A stretch of 64,000 nt of DNA. Origin: Pocillopora damicornis. Taxonomy: Eukaryota. Under the pieces are notes generated by a model. The model was not told the DNA's origin. It did not search any database and worked only from the letters and a program-made list of their open reading frames with translations. Location: NCBI RefSeq assembly GCF_003704095.1, contig NW_020843680.1, positions 1 to 64,000 on the forward strand, in the 5' to 3' direction. Made by a program: the position numbers and the translations under genes. Positions 50,755-61,261 of this stretch are shown in pieces (within the stretch, counting starts at the first letter, position 1; each line of letters opens with the position of its first letter).

Positions 50755-51446
50755 GGGTTTATGACCTTGCTTCCCCAAAAACTGAAGGTGATCTTCCCAA
50801 GACTTCAGTTCCAGATGAAGGTGACAGCCTTTGGTCTGTTGATTCTGTTCCAGATTGGAACAAGGCAAATCCCGGAGAACTTTTTTTTGACCAAGTGGCT
50901 GAACTTGAGAAGCTCATACCAGGGGAGAGAAGCAAGGGACACTGTTTGGAGGAGTCTTGGATGGCAGATGTGGAGTTGCTTAAGAGTGAAGAGACCATCA
51001 ACAACTGGACTGGTCCAGAAGAAAAATTTGGTGGAATTGACCAACCTGATAACATTTATGTCGGAGCACAGAATGTTGGCTTGGATATTTGTGGCAAAAG
51101 GGAGGTGGAAAGCAAAGCTTTCATTATGATTGAGCAACAAACACTTAAGCATTCAGATGTGCTGAATGGGGAGGCAGCAGGAGCACTATTTGATGTCTCC
51201 CAAGATTCTCCTTCATCAGTTGGAAGTTCTTGCAGTGATGAAGTTTCAGACAAGAGAATAAGGAACAACCAGGCTTCAAGAAAGTTTCGTCGTGCAAGGA
51301 AAGAAAGAAATAATTCATTGTTTGTGAGAGCATCAAAGTTAGAGCAGGAAAACCAGGCCTTGAAGCTTCAAGTTAATCAGATGCTTCAGGAAGTAATTTC
51401 TTTGAGGTCTATGCTCTCAAATAATACTTTTCCCAGTCAATTTTGA
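50755..51446 (+). CDS. bZIP transcription factor (ATF4/ATF5- or PAR-like), main exon
   Basis: The frame is open from the acceptor at 50755 (GVYDLASPKTE...LEESWMADVELL...) to the basic/zipper region KRIRNNQASRKFRRARKERNNSLFVRASKLEQENQALKLQVNQMLQEVISLRSML. The first in-frame ATG is only at 50961. Confidence 0.88.
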
Positions 51447-52609
51447 CTTTTTTCAATCAAGATTTGGTTTCTTATTTTGTTTAAGTATACCAACAATTGT
51501 GTGAGAAAAGTTTCAAAGTTGATCACTTCATAGTAGTCTTATTTAATTACTGTCCCAAGAAATTTACATTTAAAGCATGTTATGACCACTAGTGTTAGAC
51601 TGAAAGAGTTCTTTTCAAAAATCAACATGCAGCTTTTAACAAAGTTCACTGTTGTAATCTCAAGACTTAATAGATTGTGTGTTTGATTACTTTTTTATGT
51701 CATCTGTGCTGCTTAAAAAATCTAGAAGTAGTACAATTCTCTGGTGTTGGGTTAAAATACCCACTTTAGAACTCGCACACTATTCCAAAGTATATTCTCA
51801 ATTAGATAATTTTTTTGTAAGAGTTAGCATGTAACATTTATGCTGTTGTTGTGCAATGTTTTTGTAGTTTCCATAATTAGTTCAACTAGTTGAAGTGTAA
51901 TTTTGAAGGAGTCATAGGACTGATTCTGATTAAAAAGTGTAAATTTGGTGTTCCAATGACTATGTAATATGATTTAGACTTAATGATTATTCTTATGTGA
52001 TAGGATTTCTTTTGTCTATTAAAATGTTTAGTCATGTCAGTAAAGGTGCTTACCATATTTCTTTTGTGTGGTCATCAGATTTCTACCAACCAAGCTAAAT
52101 TATTGGTAGTCCATATTTGACAAATTAAAGCCCTGGGTGGAAACAAATGTAATTTGAAGTGGCTGGCTAAAGATAACATGGAGAGTCAGTGGATTTCAAC
52201 TTAATCATTTCCCTTTTTGCTCTTGTTCCTTTGTCACTTTAGTACTCCAGACTGATCCTAAATAACTCTTCACACTTTCTCAAGTGGCCATAAAACAAGT
52301 CACAAACCTTAAAAAAGTTGTGGTGGACGGATTAGTGTTACCACTGTACCAGATAATATTTCGTACTACATCCTTGATGTGTGCTTAGTGGAAAGTAAAA
52401 TGAAATTTGAACCAAGGATAAGGAACCCAGCGGACAATGGTAATGAAATTTAATAATCGCGTGTTAAACAGTTTCCTTTAGCGTGACGTCCTCTGGATTA
52501 GAGAAGCCTAGGAACTAGTCAATGCAGTTACGCAGTACCCGATGGTGGCGATGTTAAATTCGAGTTTCTCTCTCGCTGACTAATCGTTGTCCCCACTGTG
52601 CGCGGTGGA

Positions 52610-55600
52610 ATGCTTCCCACGAAGACCCGACAGTTTTTCTCTCCGACCATCCTGTTCGCTCTCAAGTCGTCCTTGAATCGGCGTATTTTGCCAGGGTTTA
52701 GGGCGCTTCAAGATGGCGGACTGTTGTTGGAAACTCCATTGTCCAACTCATGCACTGTAAGCTCTACAAGTTGGATAAGATAAGAACTTTATTATTGTGT
52801 CGAAATCGCTAGCATACAGTATATTAGCGAACGTTGAACTGATTATCGTCACTTAAGTGGTCGGCAACTTTTTTTGTTTTTGTTTTGGTTCTTTTTGCAT
52901 GAGCCCCATTGCAGGGCGAAATTCCCAGACATGTTTATTTGGTGTGAAATGACGAAAACATAAGCTTAATTATGATGATCATGACGCACTTTTGTTGCAA
53001 AGAGGTTGAACTGTTAAAGTGAATGGAAATATGGTTGAAGTTACTTACATTATTTGTGCATCAGCTTTTTTCGTTGTAAAAGTTATATCTACAACTTACT
53101 GCTAGGAATAATGCAGAAAGTTCACGGTTATTAAATGCCGGTAAAACAACTGCAACTGCAGTCTTTTCTACAGATATGGCCGCATAGTGGTGTTTGCCCA
53201 CAGATATCGGGTCAAATCCCTCTCAAATCCTATCCTGTTTTGTAAGGGAAACGAGAAGTTTCTTTTTATACACATTTTTTATTCATTTTTTATTTCAGGT
53301 TCGTTTACTATCGACCACTGGTGTCTCAAGACAAAAGGATTTAAAACATTTCAAAGCAGGAGCCGAGAAAAAAGACAGCGTAGATAATGATCATACAAGG
53401 GGCAACGAGATCTACAGAATGCCACATCCTATTTGGTAGGTTTATTTTGCAAAAATACATAATGGAATAATTTGGACAAGAAATCTGAGCCCCAGAGATA
53501 TTTTAGGTACAAATTAATTCATGATTGTCTTTATTTTAGTCAAAGCTTGTTCAAATTTTAGACTGATGTGTGAACCCAGGTGGTGTACACTCAGGTTACC
53601 ATATTTCCTCGAGTAAGTGTCTGAGCGCTTATGTTATATTTTGGCTAAAAGGAGAGCACTTAATCAAGGGAGGTGATTGTTAAGTTAGCCCAGCAATAGG
53701 ATATAAATTAAAAGAACAGATAACATGCATAAAGGAACTCTGCCAGCACATGGAGAAAGAAATAACTAGAGGTGACATGATGGAAAAGAAACTATTCTTC
53801 TGTACTAATCCTGCTCTAGTTTAAGCTTGAAAAGTTATATATAAAGTACCAACACATACAGGTTTTCTTTGTATCCCTACTATTAAAGAAAGCAAGGGAG
53901 GAGGGGGTAACTCATTCCAGAGAGGCACAAGTTTGACATCTCAGCCCGGGGGGTGGACTCTCATTTGGGGAGGGTGATTTTTAGAGAGTGGGTGTTTTTT
54001 GGGGAAGTATAGTGTGTTTCTCTGACAAAAGAAAATGACATGGACTTTTGATATTTAACTGAACAGAAATAAAATAGTTACATATTAACCAACTGCTAGT
54101 GCGACACTATTGGAGATGAATTGCTATTACTGAACTTGCAAAACTTTTGCAAGACACTCTTTGATTTCCCCAACTCCTGAATAATCCTTATGTTCAGACT
54201 TTAATTTTTGTCACTGTAACAAACACTAATTCTCAAGTCAACTTCCATGGTGCAGACAATTTAAATACATTGAAATAATTTATCACAATGTCAATTTTGT
54301 GCTAAGATTTCAAACTTTACAAGTCCTCGGTAATATTTTTTGTAAGGTCAGAGCAAGAAGTTAATACTGTAGAGATTACACATCAAGAGACAAAGACAAA
54401 AGTTGACAAGGTATTCTTGAATATGGAAATCAAAAAATGTTTACTGTACATCAAACATCTTTTCATTACAATTACTACAGTTTTCCTTATTAGTGAAAAT
54501 CATCAGAACCTTTGTCAGTGCAAGGGTTGGCCTGCTGGATTCCAAATTGAAATGTCTGAGTTTTGGTCCAAGTGTTGAGAAAGCATGTTATCAGACTGAA
54601 AAATTGTGAGGGGCAAAACTTAAAAAAAAACTACTAGATTAGGAATGGACTGGCATCCTATCCAGGAAGGAGTTATAATACTCCTGGTCATCTAGATTAA
54701 GCTTTCTCACAACTGTTTGGCCCAGTATGGAAAGTTTCATTCATTCATGTATTTATAGATCCATTATTTTTATTAACTGTAGGCTGACAAACAATAATCA
54801 TGAAGAACCTAAGTTGATCTCAGTACACAAAAAGTTCATATATATAGATTTATTTTCTCTTCTTTAAATTTCAGATTGCCTATGGCTGTGTGCAATTCTT
54901 GAGGATCGCATTTGATATTGTTTCTCTCTATAAAGTTGGAAAAATGACAGAGAACAAGTGGTTGAAGTAAGTTAGCATTTTAGCAATCTTTTAGTCCTTA
55001 ATTACCTGTTGTTTCAGGGAAAGGACAATATTCAATTGGTCATGGTCTCATGCCTCGGTGTCAGGATATTTGGGGACATCTTCATTGAGGCATTGGTACT
55101 CATGTCACTCAGTTTATTAAATGAGGACTGTCAGGTGACCATGGAGAAACTGTCTACCAACAAATTTATCATGGAGATCTATAATATTGCAAATTGAAGT
55201 TATATTGTCTAGGGGATGGAATTAGAAGATCCCTTCATTCATTTAGGTTATCAGGTAGTTCATAGGATCTTAACTCCTAACTAAATTTTAAAAAAGTCAT
55301 TTCCAAATGTGATGTTAAAATTTCATGTTAAAAAATGCGTTTTACAATAAGCTCTATTTCCCCTTATTAACCGCTAAATAGTTCGCCGTGTCGTTATTTC
55401 ATGCTGTTTTTTGAAAATGAAAATAAATGTTTTATATTGATGTACAAAATTAAAGCAAGTTTCTTTTTGGTAAAATGGAGCATCTTATGTCTTCACATAA
55501 AAAAATAGGAACAGTGATGTGTTTTCTATTTCCCAACAGTCGTATCATTATGTTGGAGACAGTAGCAGGAGTGCCTGGAATGATTGCGGCGATGGCTCGT

Positions 55601-58600
55601 CATTTTGATTCACTGAGGAAACTTACGAGAGATCATGGATGGATTCATACATTGTTAGGTATTGACTCTTAATATGCATTGAAGGTGCAGTGGTGAAGGT
55701 ATCACAGAGGAATAGCTAGCGTTTTCATTCAAACTGAGATGGCGGAAAAAATTATGCGCGCTGTGATAATATCCCAGTAAACGTATACACTTTCTTTAAG
55801 CTTAATAAACACTGATTTCGGATTAGCCTGCAGTGCAGGCGTCTTGTTAGTGCGAGCTAACGCTAAAAGCTCGCGATCGTTTGTTCGACCGGCCATTTTT
55901 GACCGTCGACCGCCCCCTTGGTATAAATTTTTCCTCTCCCCAGCCTTCCGCTGCCATTAAAATCAAAGATGGCGGACATAATATTCGTTATGAAATTACT
56001 TAGCATTTGCTAGCCTAAATTACGCCTGATTTGCAGGCTAATTTTGGATATGTAATTTGATTTTATAATTTGATTGAACATAATCGGAGCTTATGCTTTA
56101 ACGCCGACACGTTTTACATAATAAGTTTATTAGACGACGCGTTCTAATCAACAAGTTTCTTTTATATCGGAACGAATCGGAACGTGATCTGCACATATTG
56201 AACTAAAAAAGGGTGTCTGGGATTTGTATTTTAACGCCTCGTTATATTTTAAACATTTTTTTATATTTTTTAAATAGTATTACTTTTGAGCAAAGTTTTC
56301 AATGTAGATGCTATATCTCGAGAAATAAGGAAAAAGTAAAAAATCCGGGACATGCTCTTGGGTATCAACAATATCTCCCAATTTCACGAAAATGGACCGA
56401 ATATCAGCCATGAATGAACTCTCAAAATATCTGAACTGAACTCTCAAAAGATCAGAACTCGAGCCAAAATACTTTACCAGAAAAAGCGACTAGAAATTTT
56501 TCGGGGCGTTGCTGTTTGTTTACATAAATGCGTTCCTGCTTCACACCTGTGAAGGCTGTTATTCAACCACATTGAAGCAAGCCATTTGACACTGCTCTGC
56601 CTGTACAAGGAGAAGGAGCAGGGCAGAGGGAGGTTGGGCGATAAAACGAGCGGATCCGAGCTGGTCCGAGCAAAAAGGTGTAATGCAGTCGACTGGGACC
56701 GACTTCAAACAAACATTGGCTTTTTCTAAAGAAGATGGCGGCAAGTTCGGCAATTTTGGATAAGCTGGAAGAATTGTTTGACTGGGATCTCTAACGGATG
56801 ACCATTTCTTTTCTACCAATGTCATTATGTCGTCGCAGAAGTTTGTTATTGATAGGTTGACAGATAGAGGGGTGGATGGACGGAATGATTAAAAAGATTT
56901 AAAAGGCTTCCAGGAAAACTTTGAAACATTTGTCTTATTAGTTCCTTTCAAATTCTGACAGCTATCACTTAACAAGCGCGAAAAAAAGCCCCCTCTTTTG
57001 AATGAACAACAGTAAAACTCGGGTTAAATGAACATTCCGACGTTTTTTTTGCGAAACAGTCAGTGATCTTAAGAAAAGTATTATTCATTTCCATCGACGA
57101 TTAATGTACGAGGATTTACCTCTGCTCTGTCAGTTTTGAATGGCAAGGAAAGTCATTGTAAGTAAATTTGAAATGGATGTTTTTTGAGTATTGAGTATTA
57201 GTTCATTTGTTTGCTGCAGTGACGTGTGCAAACCTTGTCTTTCTTCCACCGAAAAGCTGAAGTCAAATGAGGCACTTTATCTCGAAACAAGGGAATGAAT
57301 GCGGCGTTTATTCGTCGATTTTATGCGGTTTCTTTGGCGGAATACGTTACAAATTACCACATTCAACGGACTAGCAAAGACGAACCGAAAGTTTATTCGT
57401 AGTAGACCTCACAACTTAGCTCAACGTTTTGCAAAGAGCAATTCAGACATTAAACGAATACACGTTACGTTGATTAATGTAATTGTAAACAAATACTTCA
57501 TGTTGCAACTTTCTTAATAAGTACTCTTTTTAAGGTAATTGACTAAATCACAAACGGTTTTTAGGGCACGTGTTATTTTTACTTGATCATCACGATCTAA
57601 TTACTTCCTTCCATTTTTTCGTTTCTCCCACGTGTTGTTTTCGAGGAGCCAAAGTTTCTGTTCTTGTTAGTCGGTAGGTTTTTTGTTGTTGTTGTTGGTG
57701 TGGACAAGCATCGCTTTGAAATGGTTTCCCCAATTCTTTTGTCACTTTGATAATGTGTTATCTCCCTCGACACATAGGCGGTAAGAACTCATATCTTTGG
57801 AAATAGCAACTAAATATAGTACATGAACATCGAGTCTGATAGCCAACAACAATAGTAAGTAATCTTCGTTCAATGATGACTTGTAGTTTGCAGATTGTGC
57901 AGATCGTAATTACCAGTACTAAATATAATTATGCTGAAGTTAAAACCTTGCCATCACGCATGTTAACTGATATAGTTTTACCATTTACTGTCTTTCATAT
58001 GACTCTCCATTCAAAGGTAGATACGCGGGGTGAGCGCTCGTGCCAATCCTACTCCGCACCACACATTGCTAGAGCGGTGTTACAGTGTTTTGGGTATCCC
58101 CTCACCAAAAACACTTAAAGGGAATTAAACAGGAGATTGGGGAAAGTAACATGGAGTCAGTCATATTTGTGGTGGAAAAAATATGATTTAATGCAGAAAA
58201 TTGTCATCCAAAGTTAATTCTCGCACCTGAGATTGTGGTTGGTGAAGAGAGAAGTGTTCATTTGTTGTCTCTAAATCGAAAGAGTGATCAGTCAGCAGTT
58301 TCAAGTGTGTTGCTTTGCAAGTAAATAGTAGTGAATAAATAAATGAATCAATAAATAAGTGCAGTTCAGCCAATCAATTTTAGACACACACGGAAGGAAG
58401 ATTTTTCCACTTGTTGGAATTTCGCGTTTGAGAAAATGACCGAAACCTTGTACTTTTCGATTGGCCCTAACCTCTGCTGACTCTGGGAGTAATCATAACT
58501 GTCTGACTTGTTGACCATGTATGCGTGTGTGTGTCTTCTTGCTTCAGTGACCTTTGCAATGTTATCAGAAATTTACTACGATTTGGGACAAGTATCTTGG

Positions 58601-59239
58601 CAGCAGTGAATCTCTGGGATATGAAACTCTTGTCGCTTTTGGACATGGTAACAGCTTAAATAAAATAAAATTTCAGAAGTTGATCGGTGAGATCTTTATA
58701 TATTTTTTTTATGATATATTAAATTTTCAGGAAATTGAAAAAAAGAATGAATTTTTTCCTTCTGTGATAACTTAATTCATGAATTTCTACAGTAATGATA
58801 ACAAATAAAGATGAATGCAATGTCAATTATTAATTACATTTATTTTTTTATCAGAAGAGGCAGAGAATGAGAGAATGCACTTAATGACAGCATTGGAGTT
58901 GAAACAACCAGGCGCTTTATTCCGAGGAGTTATATTACTTGCTCAAGGTGAGCATAAATTATGTTACTGTAAAAATAATTTGTTAGAGTTAGGCAGTTCC
59001 TGTAAGAAAAAGAGGGTTGATTGACCATTTTTCTTTATTAATATGATTAAACGTATACTGAAAAACCAAAGAAATTTCCTGCAACGTTGGTTTTCTTGAT
59101 TTCTTCCTTTTTTGCGCAAATTGTAGGTGTCTTTGTCAACTGCTTCTTTGTGGCATATATATTAAGCCCCAGGTTTTGTCACAGATTTGTGGGATATTTG
59201 GAAGAAGAGGCAGTCAAGACTTACACCTACTGTTTAAAG
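52610..59239 (+). CDS. AOX: Alternative oxidase, paralog B (exons 1-7; exons 8-9 not in window)
   Basis: Exons 52610-52756, 53299-53435, 54347-54410, 54875-54966, 55540-55658, 58855-58947, 59127-59239. Presequence-like N-terminus [27 protein letters not shown]...VRLLST; motifs [36 protein letters not shown]. Exon 3-7 lengths (64/92/119/93/113) equal those of paralog A. Confidence 0.93.
54510..54750 (+). mobile_element. Decayed SINE-like repeat
   Basis: Contains atggactggcatcctatccaggaaggagttataatactcctggtc, resembling the core of a common cnidarian SINE as I recall it. Boundaries approximate. Confidence 0.45.
55824..56040. mobile_element. MITE with ~19-bp terminal inverted repeats
   Basis: tagcctgcagtgcaggcgt ... 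acgcctgatttgcaggcta, flanked by a near-identical 9-bp repeat atttcggat/attttggat. Confidence 0.75.
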
Positions 59240-59671
59240 GTAATTTAAAATCAATAACTTAACCCTCTCAGCTTTGTTTCGTTCCTTTATTAAGTCAAAA
59301 TTACTCGCAAGAATTCAGGATCTTTTCTTCCAAACTAATGCACATTGTGACCATTGCTAAAATACATTTGATAATGGCTACTGCTTCTGGTCTTCAATAA
59401 AATGGGCAAATGATTTGACGAAAACACTTCACCATGACACGAACTTTTTTTTTTTTTGCGTTTTCTGGTTGATAGCTGTATTTAAAATTTAAATTCATCG
59501 ACCTTATCACCTGGCGAGTTGTCCTTGACCTTTCTTTTGTGCATTGAAAGTACGATTTGGCGGCCAAAAAAGTATCCCCATCTAGTGCGCGGCCAAAACG
59601 ATCATTGTTTTATAGCTGTGACTTAAAAAACTATGAAGACAAGTCGAAAACCATGGTGGGGAAAGGAGAAA

Positions 59672-59980
59672 TCAAGAAGAGAGGACCAACATGTTGCGTG
59701 TCCGGAGCGCAACATGTATATCTATTCACTTCTTTCCAAAAGATGCCACTGTATGGCCAAATGGACGCGTTTCGATAGTCGATATCGAGAAGATTTGCTC
59801 TTTGCTCTCGTCCTTGTGTTCCGTCCTGGCTTCGAAGACAGCTGTTACGCACATCACTTACCGCTGGTCAAATCAGGAGAAGATGGCCAATTAATTCAGC
59901 TAAGAAGAATGCCGATAATGGGGCCTGTTCCTACACCAAAAACGACTGTTGCACATTCTTTTCGGCTGACATTTCGTAGG
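59672..59980 (+). pseudogene. Frameshifted THAP-domain remnant (probably from a DNA transposon)
   Basis: Pieces across frames: CCVSG...IHFFPKD...KWTRF..RYRED...SSLCSV.FEDSCY...RR....GPVPT. These match the THAP C2CH/F-P/W/LCS.HF/VPT pattern. Confidence 0.65.
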
Positions 59981-60072
59981 CGAAGAATGGCGAGCTTCTT
60001 ATTGTTGTCGATAAGGTGGAATAGTTCTCCGCAAAAGATGATATTCTCTCAGTAGGGCCGTCACAACCTGAG

Positions 60073-60990
60073 GTCAGTTATAGGTCTACCGACCGGTACT
60101 GGTTTGTGTATTTTTGTGAGCGTATAGAATATTGATGTTCTAGGCGGATTGGGAGTTTGTGAAAGCCATTTCTCAGTCATGTCATCAATGTGTTTGCCCT
60201 GATGCATTTGGTCAATGACCCTTTCCCTTTCCTGCGTGTTTTTATGGCTACTGCGTCCTATGGAGGCAGTAGCCATACATTCCCTTGTTCTCTTCAATGC
60301 TATAAAAGTTGTGCGGTATCAGTAGCCATATGCAGTCATAACTGCCTAATTTTTTTACTATCGGTGCTCTGAGAGGTTTGTAGTGAACTCTATTGCCGAG
60401 GTGCACTTTAGCCTCTTCTATTTTTTTTTCTGTCTTATTTGTGATGACTGTTGTTGTACCTTTGTCTGCTTTTTTGAGGTTTAAAGCAGAGTTGTTTTTC
60501 GACTCTTTTGGAGCCGTGACCTCATTGCGTGACAAATTATTTCTTGGCTTAGTTACGGTAATCTCTGCGAGTTGTGCTTTGACAATTTCCAAGTAGCCCT
60601 CAGGGGCAATAGAAAGCTGAACCGGTGGCATCCAGTTTGATTTAACATTAAACGGATGTGGCTCTTTGTTTTGTCCGTGAAAGATGTATTGGAGGCGTAT
60701 TCGTCTTGCAAATTGTTCAAAATCTCGCTAGAGTTGTTGCCTAATTTTACATTCGTTTGTCACGAGTGCTGCGATTAATTTGAGACCCTTTGATGGTACG
60801 CTGACTTGACTGTCAGAAAGTTGACGGTTTGAGAGCTTTTTAGGAATTTTTCATTTGTCTCCCTTTCTTTGGAAGTGTTTCTACGCACTCTGCGTCTTTT
60901 GCTCTTTGTTCTGCTTCCGCTGTTGTTAAGGCTAGTCTTTTTAAAGTCAGAGAACACACTGTTATATTTTCTTTCTCTTTTATTTACAAG
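60073..60990 (-). mobile_element. Penelope-like retroelement fragment (N-terminal/RT-upstream region, degenerate)
   Basis: Minus-strand remnants LSDSQVSV.SKGLK...FARRIRLQYIF...KSNWMPP...NNLSRNE...LKKADKGTTTVI...FYTLTKIHKPVPVGRPI are typical of PLE ORFs. Stops and frameshifts are present. Confidence 0.8.
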
Positions 60991-61009
60991 TGTATAAAAA
61001 AGCTCTTTA

Positions 61010-61261
61010 TAATAAAGTTCGGATATAACGCGCGCTGTCATTGGTTGAAAGAGCGTGCTCTATGAGAGTATAGAGCATAGAACTGAGCTAAAGCTGTCAC
61101 GCCATCTGCCAAATTGTACCATGTTCGACCTTTTCCGGGACTCATTTTTAGCTTTTTTCCGATAATTGAAAGTGAAATTTCGGAACAAGCGAGCCGGCAA
61201 GTAGTAACAGAAGAACCAAAGAAAGGTTTGTAAACATACCAGGCGCCGTTATTTACGTTAT
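61010..61261. mobile_element. 252-bp insertion with a 20-bp target-site duplication
   Basis: Perfect direct repeat gtgtataaaaaagctcttta at 60990-61009 and 61262-61281. Confidence 0.7.

Noticed and set aside
50759-51336. Several antisense ORFs over the bZIP exon
   Set aside because: Shadow ORFs of a coding exon with no recognisable domain or splice support.
52713-52759. Strong-context aagATGGcgg inside AOX-B exon 1 as the AOX start
   Set aside because: It is out of frame with exon 2. ATG 52610 gives an in-frame presequence, and the motif is more likely a YY1-type site.
56190-57570. Probable non-autonomous DNA transposon filling AOX-B intron 5
   Set aside because: It looks repeat-derived, but I could not define termini or a TSD, so it is not reported as a feature.
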